64,000 nucleotides of DNA from a virus. Its lineage: Duplodnaviria > Caudoviricetes. The translations under genes were made by a program, and so were the position numbers. The stretch spans positions 1,440 through 65,439 of IMG/VR virus record IMGVR_UViG_3300015263_000969. One strand, given 5' to 3'. Below the pieces are notes generated by a model. It was not told the DNA's origin. It worked only from the letters and a program-made list of their open reading frames with translations, and did not search any database. Below are positions 21,450 through 32,056 of this stretch, in pieces (the first letter of the stretch is position 1; the number at the start of each line of letters is the position of its first letter).

Positions 21450-24400
21450 TTACGGGATGCTGTCCAGCTTGGGATCACGGGACCGGATTCGTACCCGGGA
21501 GATGATCGCGTTGGGCGGCGCTCCGATGGCCGGGTCCCCGCCGATCCAGATCTCGTTCAGCGTGGTCGCTCCGACGTCGAACGCTAGCGGGTCGTAGTCC
21601 GAGCTCTCGACATTCCCAAGGGAGACCAGTCCGATCTGGTTGCTGCCAGATTCCGGCAGCGCCAGAGTGTTCCACCGCCCCCGCAGAGTCCATGGCTGAG
21701 ACCAGTCCAGCGCCATTGCAGTCTGCGTTGTCGCCGTATCACTGTCGTCGGTGAGCGTGAACTTCGGGGCGCCCGCAGAACCGGTGTACAGTGCCCTGGA
21801 TCCAGGGGTGCCGCCGTCGACCTCCGCGGCGACAATCGATTGATCGACCGGCGGCGTGCTGGTCGATAACACGCCATCAGCGTATATCTCGCCCTCAAAG
21901 TTCGCCTGTAGCTCGAGATCTCCGTCTCGACGTGCCGACGTTCCGCTATGCGTCGTCGCGGCATCCCAGATCAGGAACGGCACGTCCTCTGTGATGTCCA
22001 GCCACATCGCATGCGCCAGGTCAAATGAACCCACTGCGCCATCTCCGAGCGCTATACGGATATAGGCGTTTGGCGTGCTGCCAACCCACCCCTCCAGGGT
22101 CACCGCACATCGTTGCCAGATCGATGTGATCTGAACTGTTGCGATGTCGATCGTCAAGTCGTCGGTATCTCGCAACTCGATCGCCAGGTCGTAGCTCGTC
22201 ACGCTGTCCTGCGTGCGCGCGTAGAACACTGCGCTGACAGTCCCGTTCGTGCCCATGACGATATCGAGATTGCGAATCGCCACATCGGCCGACTCCGTAG
22301 TGACGGTGATACCGCGCGGGAGGCCGGTTGGATCGACGACCCCGTGCGTCAGCGTCACGTCGGTCTCCGCCTCCCACTTGGCTCCGTTGGTGAAGTCATG
22401 CGATGAGATGCGATTGGAGCCCCCTGGGCTAGTCACCAGTCCGTACCCGCGATCGGCATGATGCCCGACGGGAATATGGCTCGCCGAGCACCGGATGAGC
22501 GTGGCGCCCGCAGTCCCGTCCGGGCCATGGACCCACGCCGCCTTGCTTCCGTCCCACGCGGTCAGCTCGCCGCTCGGGTCTCCGCCGAGCGACATCAACT
22601 CACCGACCTCCCCGGCCGATAGCGCAACGTTCCACAGCATCGCGCGTGCGATCTGGTTGCCGCCGGTCTGGCTGGCCGGTCCATCGCGACCGATGCGCAG
22701 CGGTGTGTTAACGGACGTGATGTCGCCGATGCCGCTCGTCGAACTGGCGGACGCCGACCCGAGGTCATCGTAGAGCCGCAACATACTCGCAACAGGATCA
22801 TTGACCAGCACAGCCCAGTGGGGCGCCCTGTCGGTGACTGCGACGTCACCAGTTGCGGACGCGCTTGACGAGTCGCCCTGAAGCGCGACCTCGAGCTTGC
22901 CAGCGGCGTCGATCCGGATCCCCCAGCCAATGCCAGAATCGTCGCGGCGACCGATGAGCCCGCACGCAATCCCGAGACCACTCGGGACCGGCTCGTCGGT
23001 CCTGAATAGGATCGCTACGGTGAACGGCTCGGACAGGTCGAAGTTGCCATACTCGTCACCGTCGTCCGCGGCGCCGGTCGTCTGGAGATCGACAGCCGAC
23101 CCCGCAGCCGTGCGCACAAACTGGTACGCGCTCGTAGAGAGCACGCGCTCGAGGTCCGCCCCGACGAGCAGGCGGTTGGGCCCGACGTCCCAGTAGCCGA
23201 CGAACTGAGCCGCCGCATGGGTCAGCGCATCGCTCCACGCATGCAGCGGGCCGCTCAGACGATAAGTCGGTTGAACCACCGGCGCCTCGTCAGACCCGTT
23301 CCACACCGCGAACGGGATCGGCAGCGCCGGGTATTGGAGGTGGAAACGTTGCCAGGAGTCCGGTGCTGGCTGCCATATCGGCTGCCCGAAGTTCAGGTCG
23401 ATATCGAGCGCTGGATCCTGATCCTTGAAGATCCGCAAGCTGAAATCGTCGAATGCCGCCCCGCTGTTGCCGGACCCGGCGGCGCGTTCGGCGAGCAGTC
23501 GCACGTTGAGGTACGCGGCCCCATCGGGGAGCTGCACGTAGAGCGTGCGCCGGAACCACTGCGCCGTCGGTGAGGTCGTCTCAGATCCGGTCGTCGCGGT
23601 TGCTAGGACCGAAAGCGAGACGTCCTCGACGACGAGCTGCACCTCGCCAATGTCGTCGGCGATCTCGGTCGCTCGCGCGAAGGTCAGGACAGCGACACCA
23701 TGCTCGTAGCCGGCCGGGATCGCGACGGACTGTGCGATCTCCGAGGTGGCGAATGGGCCGCCCTGCGCAGATCGCGGCGCCGTTCCGTTGCGCGAAACGC
23801 CGACGTTCGTGGTGTTTTCGACGAAGTTGTCGTCGACATTGGTCCACCCGGTGAACGCACTTCCGGTTCCGGTATCAAACGCCGGATTCGTCAGCAGTTC
23901 ACTCGAAAACTGACCGATCTGGAGTCGGTGCCGCGTGGTCCCGATCTCGCTCGGGGTGGGCCCGTCCTCGCCGAACCGGGTAAGTACGATTTCGAGGCGC
24001 ACGCTCGCCGTGTCGGCTGGTAACGCCAGGGCGTGATCGGCACGTCGCCAATGTGTTGAGGCCGCAGTAATGTTGGATGACGTCGACGTTGCTAGCGTTG
24101 AGCCAGTGTCGTCCAGTGCCGTCAGGATCGCATTGGACCAATCCGGCGCACCGCCGTTGAACTCACGGGAATACCACGTCACGAGCGCAGTGAGCCCGAT
24201 CGGACGATATCCGCTCACGTCGACCGTTTGGCGAACATTGGTCGCACCGGATGCAGCGGTCACGGCCTCGATCCAGGCTCCATCGGAGCGCCTGGACAGA
24301 GACTGAGTGCCGGTCGCCACGTCTGCGGTGCCAGCGATCACGGCCCATCCGGGATCGAGATCGCCGTATTCCAGAGAATCGTTGACGAGCAAGTTGCGCC

Positions 24401-26897
24401 AGTGCGGAGCCGTGACGCGCATCCGGGCATCCTGCCAATTGTCGAGCCCGCCGCGCGACGAGCGCATGAGGACATCGATGTCACCATGCCCAACCTGGCC
24501 GATCAGGACCCCGATCGCCGATGGCGCTGACAGCGCTTCAAATCCCGTGATCGCGACCGGATCGCCGCCGTCGGCATCGATTTTCTGTCCGTAGACGGAC
24601 CACGTTGTTCCGGCTTCCGCCGTGTACCCGGTTGCGTCGCCGCGCACGACGGCAGGAGTCTCGCGCGCTCGCTGTCGCCCGGTCACGTCCAGTCCGCCGT
24701 CGAGCCGTGTCACCTCGCGAAAATCGCCCAGGAGAGGAAACGTCTGCACGTTCGTCGGCGTACCTGCGGTGCCCTCGAGATCGTAACCGGCTCCCCGCAG
24801 GTCTGCTGCCCGTGGGGGGAGTAGCGCGCGTCCACGGACCTCTATATCGTCCGATCCGTCTACCCCACCGCTGCCCAGGATCGCCCCGTATGACGGGATC
24901 GCGTAGCCGCGCAGAGAAAACCCGACTGGCCATGCGCGCCGTCCGACGTCGAACGTTCGCGCCAAGTAGAGCCGCTCTCCGACGGCGTGGTCCACGGGCG
25001 CGGTGTCGAGCAGTTCTCGCCACACGTTGACGAGCCTGTACTGTCCAGCGCCGAGATCGGTCACGCTCTCGAACCCGAGGATCTCTTCGCCTAGCATCGC
25101 CAGGACGCACGTAGAGCCCCCGGAGAGCGCCGCGAACGACGAGGCGAACTGACCCGACACGTCCTCGACGACGACGCCCTCCGTCGTATCGTATGGCCCC
25201 GCGACGGCAGGGTATGCAACCGCGAGGACGGCCGTGGTCACAAAGCTATCGGGCCCCTGATCCGCGAGCGAGCTGGACAGCGCAGCTCCGAACCCGGCGC
25301 TTGCGGTGTTGCGCCGGAGCACGTTCGCCTGACCCTCGGCAACCGCGCACGAGAGGATCCGCTGATCGGTGAGCGAGGAGACGAGCCCATCGACGAACGC
25401 GCTGTACTGGAGATACCAGGGCGCCTCGGTCAGGAGTCTTGCCGTCAACGGAGGGAGAGTAATCACAGTGGTGTCCTCTGGGTTCGATGGGAACTGGCCC
25501 TTCACGCTGTCGAAGACATCTTCGACCAGCGAGAGCCTGATGGCGTCCTCGGCAAGCTGGCCCAGATCAACCTCCAGCACACGGAATACGCGATCCACGA
25601 CCGAAACCCGCGGCAGGTTGACGCGGACTGCATCGCCGACCAGCACCGAGAAAAACTCGCGGTTCACGCGACACCTGATCACCGTCAGCGGTCGACTGTG
25701 CACATTGATCTCTCGCGCCGCAATGCGCGCGGCGAGCTCCGGGGTTGCGCACCCGGGCGCGTCGAAATCAAGGGTTCGCGTGCGGAAGCTACGCGCGGCA
25801 CTGTTGCCGAGCCGTTGCGCGGTCCGGCTGTCCGGCTTGTACTCGCGGGCGCGATTGTTGAACTTGACGTTGACCTCGTTGATCGTGTCGCGCCATCCGA
25901 TGATGTCAACCTGGAGTCCTTGCGCCATGCAGTTGTCTTCGTTGATCTCGAGCAGGTCGTCGAAGACGTAATCGTTGCGGATCAGCTTGAGGTACAGCTT
26001 CCCGGTCGCCGGGTTCTCGGCGATGATCCCGTCGATCTGCGAAAGCAACGCCCGAAACACCGTCGGCGCATCCTGGGCCTGCTGGACGACCACGGAGCAG
26101 CCGTGATCCTCGGACACCAGGGCCGCCGCAGCCGCCTCGAACGAGGGCAGATCAACGTCGTCGACGTCGTAGCCGAGACCGAATACCGGACGGCATAGGA
26201 TGTCATAGAGCACCCAGGCCGGGTTAGCCTCGGTGCCGCCGATCGAGTCAGGGCCGAGCGCGCGAACTTCGACGCCGATGGACGCCATGCGCGGGTTGCG
26301 ACCGATTGCGACCTGCGCCCCGCACACGAGAAGCTTGTGCCTGTATCCAGGAACAAGAGACGCGCTGATGCCGGCTGCGAGGAACCTGTTTCCGGTCAGC
26401 GTACCGGATAGAGACTGGTCTGCCCGGCCGTCGAAAAACTGGATGAAGCCAGAGAGCTGCCCATCGCCAGACAGGTCGATGATGGCCACCTGCTGCCCGC
26501 CATGGGAGAGCTTCGGAAAGAACTCATATGGCTTGTCCCCGTACCACAGGCGCCGCAGTTGCGGCGGCGATGTCGACCTCCACGAGCTCCATGGCGCAGA
26601 TGCCTCGTCCCACATTGGGACGCCCGCTGCGATCACGAAATCGACGAAGTAGATGAACAGGCCCGGGATCGCCCCGACCGGGTTCGAGTTGTGGTTTCCG
26701 TGCCACGCCATGACACCGTTGTCGACGCGTATCGTGCCGGCGACGTACGGGATGGGGTCGCCGATCGATGCCTGCGCAAACTCGATCCCTTCGGGCCGCG
26801 ATTTTGGCAGCTTCCTGGAGTCATCGAGAACCCATTTGTTGAGCGCCCAGAGTCCGACTTCGAGCCCTGCTTCAATTGCAAATACCCAGAGCGCCAT
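21450..26897 (-). CDS. Tail tip/central fibre protein with C-terminal carbohydrate-binding and LamG-like domains
   Basis: 1815 aa; GDPIPYVAGT, EANPAWVLYDIL, KLIRNDY, INEVNVKF tail-tip motifs; follows the hub gene. Confidence 0.85.
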   Translation of the reverse strand: MALWVFAIEAGLEVGLWALNKWVLDDSRKLPKSRPEGIEFAQASIGDPIPYVAGTIRVDNGVMAWHGNHNSNPVGAIPGLFIYFVDFVIAAGVPMWDEASAPWSSWRSTSPPQLRRLWYGDKPYEFFPKLSHGGQQVAIIDLSGDGQLSGFIQFFDGRADQSLSGTLTGNRFLAAGISASLVPGYRHKLLVCGAQVAIGRNPRMASIGVEVRALGPDSIGGTEANPAWVLYDILCRPVFGLGYDVDDVDLPSFEAAAAALVSEDHGCSVVVQQAQDAPTVFRALLSQIDGIIAENPATGKLYLKLIRNDYVFDDLLEINEDNCMAQGLQVDIIGWRDTINEVNVKFNNRAREYKPDSRTAQRLGNSAARSFRTRTLDFDAPGCATPELAARIAAREINVHSRPLTVIRCRVNREFFSVLVGDAVRVNLPRVSVVDRVFRVLEVDLGQLAEDAIRLSLVEDVFDSVKGQFPSNPEDTTVITLPPLTARLLTEAPWYLQYSAFVDGLVSSLTDQRILSCAVAEGQANVLRRNTASAGFGAALSSSLADQGPDSFVTTAVLAVAYPAVAGPYDTTEGVVVEDVSGQFASSFAALSGGSTCVLAMLGEEILGFESVTDLGAGQYRLVNVWRELLDTAPVDHAVGERLYLARTFDVGRRAWPVGFSLRGYAIPSYGAILGSGGVDGSDDIEVRGRALLPPRAADLRGAGYDLEGTAGTPTNVQTFPLLGDFREVTRLDGGLDVTGRQRARETPAVVRGDATGYTAEAGTTWSVYGQKIDADGGDPVAITGFEALSAPSAIGVLIGQVGHGDIDVLMRSSRGGLDNWQDARMRVTAPHWRNLLVNDSLEYGDLDPGWAVIAGTADVATGTQSLSRRSDGAWIEAVTAASGATNVRQTVDVSGYRPIGLTALVTWYSREFNGGAPDWSNAILTALDDTGSTLATSTSSNITAASTHWRRADHALALPADTASVRLEIVLTRFGEDGPTPSEIGTTRHRLQIGQFSSELLTNPAFDTGTGSAFTGWTNVDDNFVENTTNVGVSRNGTAPRSAQGGPFATSEIAQSVAIPAGYEHGVAVLTFARATEIADDIGEVQLVVEDVSLSVLATATTGSETTSPTAQWFRRTLYVQLPDGAAYLNVRLLAERAAGSGNSGAAFDDFSLRIFKDQDPALDIDLNFGQPIWQPAPDSWQRFHLQYPALPIPFAVWNGSDEAPVVQPTYRLSGPLHAWSDALTHAAAQFVGYWDVGPNRLLVGADLERVLSTSAYQFVRTAAGSAVDLQTTGAADDGDEYGNFDLSEPFTVAILFRTDEPVPSGLGIACGLIGRRDDSGIGWGIRIDAAGKLEVALQGDSSSASATGDVAVTDRAPHWAVLVNDPVASMLRLYDDLGSASASSTSGIGDITSVNTPLRIGRDGPASQTGGNQIARAMLWNVALSAGEVGELMSLGGDPSGELTAWDGSKAAWVHGPDGTAGATLIRCSASHIPVGHHADRGYGLVTSPGGSNRISSHDFTNGAKWEAETDVTLTHGVVDPTGLPRGITVTTESADVAIRNLDIVMGTNGTVSAVFYARTQDSVTSYDLAIELRDTDDLTIDIATVQITSIWQRCAVTLEGWVGSTPNAYIRIALGDGAVGSFDLAHAMWLDITEDVPFLIWDAATTHSGTSARRDGDLELQANFEGEIYADGVLSTSTPPVDQSIVAAEVDGGTPGSRALYTGSAGAPKFTLTDDSDTATTQTAMALDWSQPWTLRGRWNTLALPESGSNQIGLVSLGNVESSDYDPLAFDVGATTLNEIWIGGDPAIGAPPNAIISRVRIRSRDPKLDSIP

Positions 26898-26899
26898 AG

Positions 26900-27736
26900 C
26901 TACACCTGCACCACGACGCCGTATCCGGTCGGCGCGGATGGGTTGCTGGTTGGAAGTGCCTCATGACCGCCGAAATTCGCGACGTTGTTGAACAATTCAA
27001 GACATCCTCGCTGACCATCAAGCGTGTGGTCGCATCCTGCGAAGACGTCGACGGCATCGCTCGTAGCCAGCAACCTGAACGGGACGTCGATCGTGATGGT
27101 CGTGCCGCTCTGAGTGATCACGGTTCGCGCGTCGCCGTCAGACGTCCGCGTGATCTTGCCATCCCGAGCCCAACTATCCGGCTTGCCGCTGATCGACGAC
27201 ACCGTGATCGTGAGCCCATCAGACGAGATTGCTGTCACGGTCGGCGAGATCTTGAACGAGTCCTCATCGACGCCGCACCCGGGACTGTATAACTGATGCG
27301 GACAGTTTCGTTGCGCGACCAGCACGGGGAACTGACGGTCGAATACTTCGTCGCTGCGATTGGGTACGCGCAGACGCACGAGCACGTCCTCGGTGGACAA
27401 GCTGCCGATGTACCCCTTCCAGAGCTGCCGAGCCTCTGGGTCGTCTTCGTGGAAGGCGCGCAGCGTGACAAGCGCGTCGATCGGCGGAATGCCGTTTGCG
27501 CGCAGAGATTCGGCAAGCGCGTTGTCGCGCGCGATCGTGATGGTGACTTCGCGGACCTTTCCGACCTGCGCCAGGGTCCGCGGCCCGCAACTGATCGCGA
27601 CAGCGGCATACGTCTGCCCACCGAACACGACGTCCTCATCGTGAGACGTGAAGCGATACGTCTCGGTCGGCAGTTCGATGTCGTAGATCTCGATCGGGCG
27701 TTGGTCGGTGCCGGTCTCACGGGCCGCGAAGGACAT
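26900..27736 (-). CDS. Baseplate hub protein (DUF2163/BR0599-like)
   Basis: YRFTSHD...QRNCPHQLYSPGCGV...AGCDHT...C..LFNNVANFGG. Confidence 0.85.
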   Translation of the reverse strand: MSFAARETGTDQRPIEIYDIELPTETYRFTSHDEDVVFGGQTYAAVAISCGPRTLAQVGKVREVTITIARDNALAESLRANGIPPIDALVTLRAFHEDDPEARQLWKGYIGSLSTEDVLVRLRVPNRSDEVFDRQFPVLVAQRNCPHQLYSPGCGVDEDSFKISPTVTAISSDGLTITVSSISGKPDSWARDGKITRTSDGDARTVITQSGTTITIDVPFRLLATSDAVDVFAGCDHTLDGQRGCLELFNNVANFGGHEALPTSNPSAPTGYGVVVQV

Positions 27737-27764
27737 ACCTCACGGTCGCCCGCGGTGCCGTGGT

Positions 27765-27774
27765 GGGGCGATTT
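27765..27774 (-). promoter_or_regulatory. Late-promoter motif AAATCGCCCC (hub gene)
   Basis: Motif-N17-GACCGT-5nt-ATG 27736. Confidence 0.75.
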
Positions 27775-27782
27775 GTCGCCGG

Positions 27783-29748
27783 TTACGCAGTGCGGATCGA
27801 CCCGGTCCGCACGAGCGCATTCCACGCCTCAGCCACATCGCGGCGCGCGGCGCGGCACCCGGCCTCGAGCGCGAGGCGGCAGCGCCACGCGAGATCGCGC
27901 TCCTCCTGCGTCATGCTCGGCAGCGCGGTGAGCCACGCCTGCACTTGGCGGTTCTGGGCGGGGGTGAGCGTGTCGGCGTCCGTACTCGGGAGGCCGAGGA
28001 GCGCGGCGGCGCGGAGGCGCTCGGCCGGGAGGACCGGCGCGCTGGGGTGGTCATCGCAGCCATCGGCGGGATCGGCGTCGTAGCCGCAAACCTGGCAGAC
28101 GTGGACCGTGCGGGTGAGCGGGGCAGCGGTCGGCATGAGCACAGACTAACGCCGTACCTCCGAATCGTCAAGATATTCGTGAGGCACGATGTCGATCCGC
28201 CTAACCTTGCGGCACTCCTCGGACATCCCGGCCGCGCGCCGGGCGATCCGCCGCAGGTGCGAGAGCAGCGGCACGCCCTCTGGGCATGGATCGGCGGTCA
28301 GGAGCGACCGAACCCACGCCGAGATCCCGCCCTCGCTTGCGACACGCTCGTACGCAGCGCGCTCCTCGTCGGACGCTCGCAGGCTCACCGCATGGCCCGG
28401 GGCGAGCCGCACGGAGAGGAAGTGCGGGCGCTGTACCGCGGCGCGGGGGCGCCCGGGCTTTCGCCGCGCGCCGCCGGCTACGAGCTTGCCGCGCGCCTGG
28501 CGCACCGCCTCACGCGTCACCTTGTACTGGCGCCCGGCCTCGGCGTCGGAGATGTCGGCGCCGATCGCGAGGAGCGCGGCGGCTCGCGCGCGCTCGGCTG
28601 GCGCGGCGGGGCGGAGGAGCGGGTCGAGCGGGAACTTCGGGCTGGTCATGGGTAGCTCCCCGGTCGCCCGACATGGATCGCAGTAGCGATGCCGCGCTCC
28701 TCGGTCATGAGGTAATCGAGGCCGGCGCGCTTGAACGCGCAGCGGCCCAGCTCGTAGGCGCCGTATGTGCCGACCGCGGACGGGATCGACGCCGTGAGCC
28801 AGCCCGGGCGATCGGGACACGGGCACCACACAAGTGGGATTGGCCAGTCGATAGCCGGCGGGCTGGCTGCGTAGCTGGCGATGAGGCTGTTCAGGTACTC
28901 GGGTGTCATGTCGGTCCATCCTGCGCCATCGGGCGCGGTTGCAAGGTCACGCGGTCTTCGCGGACGCGATCCGGGCGGCAACCTCTGCGGTCCACGCCTC
29001 CCAGTTCGTGTGCGCGGCGCGCCGGGTCGCGGGGCCGAGGCCGCCTCCGACACCGGCGGACGCGTCGATGTCTACGGCGGTCATCCCGTCTCGGGCTGCG
29101 TTGTCGGGCGTGGTTAGCCCGTCGGCGAGCATCCACACCGCCCGGCGCGCGGCACGAGCGATCCAGCGCTCCTTGGCGATGTCGGGGCGGCGCATCACCG
29201 ACCCCACGCCGTGCGCTTGTGGCGCGCGAGCTCGGCGCGGTCCCGATCGGTGATCGCGCGAACCTCAACGCGTCGCAGACCTGTCGCGTAGTCGCAGCAC
29301 ACGCGCTCGGTGCCATAGCAGTAGATCGCCGGGCCAGTAGCGGCGACGTGGGTCGCGACGTCGATGCGCGCCAGCTCGCGGGGGAGGAGCTGGCGGTCGA
29401 CCTCGCGAACCGCGAGGCGGTGGAGCGCGGCGTAGGTCGGCATGGGGGGCTCCGTAATGGGGTGGGTTAGGCGGCGGCGAGCCACTCGAGCATCGCGGCC
29501 ATCTTGGCATCCGCGAGGCGGCGGGCGGCGGCCTCGCCGGTCACGCTCTTGCCGGTGGACGCCCATCGACCGCCCTTGCTGCCCGCCCACGAGACGCGGA
29601 AGGTCTTGGCGCCGGTGATGACGATGACGACCTCCACCGCGCCGCTGCCGAGCGACGCGTAGCGCTTCTCGCGGACCACCGAGTCGGAGCGGTCGGCGGT
29701 GACGATGGTGACCGTCGTTCCGTTCGTCAGCGTTTCCGTGTTCGTCAT
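27783..29748 (-). CDS. Accessory small genes (27783-28136 Zn-ribbon; 28146-28649 HTH/RHH regulator; 28646-28909; 28947-29194; 29195-29443; 29467-29748)
   Basis: Short ORFs with own promoters; 28146-28649 has QYKVTREAVRQ and SLRASDEERAAYERVA..GGISAWVR. Confidence 0.55.
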
Positions 29749-30714
29749 GTGTCTATTGATAGCAACGTACCTCGCAAACGTCAAGCATGAATCTGAGGTA
29801 CGCGAGAAGTGAGGCTAACTACGCGCAACATCCGGCGATCCGGCGAGCCTTCGGGTCACACCCGACGAGGCCGCACGCGGTTTCGCAGTCCCGGTGCTCG
29901 TCGTCGGGGTCGGTGCAACCGTCGGCGGCCAACCCAGCACCGGCCTCGCGCCGGCCGGCCTCGATGCTCCGCCGATTTACGTATGCCTGCCAGCATCCGA
30001 TCGACGGCGCCCACCGGAACCCGCAGCCCTTGAGCCGCTCGCACGTCTCCGCGTCGGGCTTGCCCGGGAAGAACAGCCGCACCCGGTTGTCGGCCTGGCT
30101 AACCTCGAGCCACGCGCGCTCTCCTTGGATCGTCTCGTCGGGCGCAGCCTTGGCGGCGCCAACGGCCTCGATGCGGGCGCGGATCCGGCGGATGTTCGCG
30201 CCGTTGTTCTTGAGCTCGAAGTCCGCGAACCCGATTCGGCCGGCGAAATCCGGCGCGAGCAGATCGCGGGCGACGCGCTCCGGGAGACCGAGGGCGGCAA
30301 GTGCGGCCACCGGCTTTGCCTCTAAAGTGCCAGTTGCCTCAATAGTCCTCAGCGCTGCCTCAAAAGGTCGCGGGAGTGACCTGGCCGCGGTTCTCCGACG
30401 AGGATCGAGCCGCGCGCGTTCCGCTTCCCACTGTCGGACTGACCGAGTAGCGTAATCGGCTCACGCGCCACTGGCACTTTCGCCACGGCGCAAGCGGCCC
30501 GACCGGTGCGTCAACACCGGCCGAGCCTAGGAGCCACGATGCGTAGAGCACATCGTAACCCCCGGCAGAGGCTACAGAAGTCCCGCACCACCTACCACCC
30601 CTCCATCGACGTCATCCTGGACGTCCTGCGCCGGATGGACCGCCGGCAGGCCATGCGCCTGATCGAGGCCGTCGCTGCGCTGGTGAGCGCCACGGCGAAG
30701 GGAGGGCGGTAGCC

Positions 30715-31497
30715 ATGCTCGACGAGACCGCCCTGCGCGCCTACCTCGAGCGCATCCTCGGCTGGTCTGCCGGGCAGGCAGCGGCCGTCGAGAGCGCGCT
30801 CGGGGCGCTCCGGCTGGCCCTCCTCCACGGCGTGACCATCGTCCTCCTCGGGGAGTCGGACCTGGCGCCCATCGCCCGCGAGCTGCACCGGCGGGCGTTC
30901 GGCGCGGGCCAGCCCTTCGTCGTCGCGGACCCGCGGCGCGGCGACGTGCCGGCCACCGCCCGGACGCCCGCGAGCCGGGCCACCGGGCTCGGCGCCCTCC
31001 ACGCGGCCCGGGGCGGCACCCTCGCCCTGCGCCTGCGGCGCCTGCCCGAGGACGTCTCGATGACGATCGGCCTGGCGCGCGAGCCCGGGGCCGACGTGCG
31101 CGTGATGCTCCTCGGGGACTCGCGGCGCGACCGGCACCCGTTCGTGAGCCCGGCGCCGATCATGGTCCCCTCGCTGGACACGCGCGCCGACGAGCTGGGG
31201 CGCATCGTCGACGAGTACGCGGCTGACGCTACGCGGGCGCTCGGCGTGGGGCCGGAGCGCTTCACCGCCTCCGATCGCGCCTGGGTCCTCCAGCACGCGG
31301 CCGAGAGCCTGCCCGTCATCGAAGCGGCGACCCAGCGGCTCGTCGCCCTGAACATGTCGCGGACCACCGACGAAGCCTCCGCCGCCCTCGGCCTCCGCGG
31401 GTCCACGCTCCGGCGCTGGCGGATCCAGCGCATCCGGCGCAGCAAGGGCGGCGGCGGCGTGCGGAGCGCCGGGCGCTGGATGCGGAGGGCGTCGTGA
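30715..31497 (+). CDS. Degenerate sigma54-activator-like AAA protein with C-terminal Fis-type HTH
   Basis: IVLLGESD..IARELH...QPFVVAD...AARGGTLAL...ASAALGLRGSTLRRW; no GKE Walker A or GAFTGA. Confidence 0.6.
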   Translation: MLDETALRAYLERILGWSAGQAAAVESALGALRLALLHGVTIVLLGESDLAPIARELHRRAFGAGQPFVVADPRRGDVPATARTPASRATGLGALHAARGGTLALRLRRLPEDVSMTIGLAREPGADVRVMLLGDSRRDRHPFVSPAPIMVPSLDTRADELGRIVDEYAADATRALGVGPERFTASDRAWVLQHAAESLPVIEAATQRLVALNMSRTTDEASAALGLRGSTLRRWRIQRIRRSKGGGGVRSAGRWMRRAS

Positions 31498-31817
31498 ACG
31501 AGCGCGCTCGCGAGTTCTGCGCCGCCATGACCCGGTGGCTCGACGCATGCGGCTCGGGCGTGGTCCGCTCGGTGAGCGTCCAACGCGTCGGCACCTGGAC
31601 CGTCATCAAGGTCGGCGCCACGAGCGACGAGACCGCGCGGCTCATCGCGGCCGAGATGGGGCTCACCCAGGCGCGCACGCCGCAGAAGGGCCGCGTCTGG
31701 TGGAGGGAGTACGTCGCCACCACCGAGGGCGCCACGATCCTCGTTGCCGGGCCGACGCACAGCTTCGAGGAGCCGGAGGACTGGCCGGGGCGGCGAGTGG
31801 GGACGTTTCCGAGCTAA
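31494..31817 (+). CDS. Hypothetical transposon passenger protein
   Basis: GTGA-coupled to the upstream gene; 107 aa. Confidence 0.55.
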   Translation: MNERAREFCAAMTRWLDACGSGVVRSVSVQRVGTWTVIKVGATSDETARLIAAEMGLTQARTPQKGRVWWREYVATTEGATILVAGPTHSFEEPEDWPGRRVGTFPS

Positions 31818-31891
31818 AACGAAGAACGGCGCGCTCGTCGTCGCGGCCAGGTCGGTGCATGACGTCGGTGCTGCTCGCTGCCGATCTGGTT

Positions 31892-32044
31892 CTGCACCAC
31901 CTGCGGAGCTTGGCTCGGCCTGCACCTGCTGCGCACTCCGGTTGTACCTGCATGTACTGCATGTTGGAGGTGGTCCTGCACCTCCTGCGGATGTCGCTTG
32001 ATCCTGCACGTCCTGCCGTGTAATGTTCCTCCTGCACCTCCTGC
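31892..32044 (+). repeat. Six CTGCA-N4-CTGC repeats, exact 28-bp period, unique spacers
   Basis: Starts at 31892, 31920, 31948, 31976, 32004, 32032. Confidence 0.92.
31998..32026 (+). promoter_or_regulatory. sigma70-type promoter embedded in the 28-bp array
   Basis: TTGATC-N17-TAATGT; repeat 5 lies in the spacer; AGGAG RBS directly after repeat 6. Confidence 0.6.
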
Positions 32045-32056
32045 AGGAGTTACCGA

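Noticed and set aside
31892-32044. CRISPR array or TIGR array call
   Set aside because: The repeat is only 13 bp with a variable core and the period is 28 bp; no cas or Nop-domain gene in the window. Kept as an unexplained array
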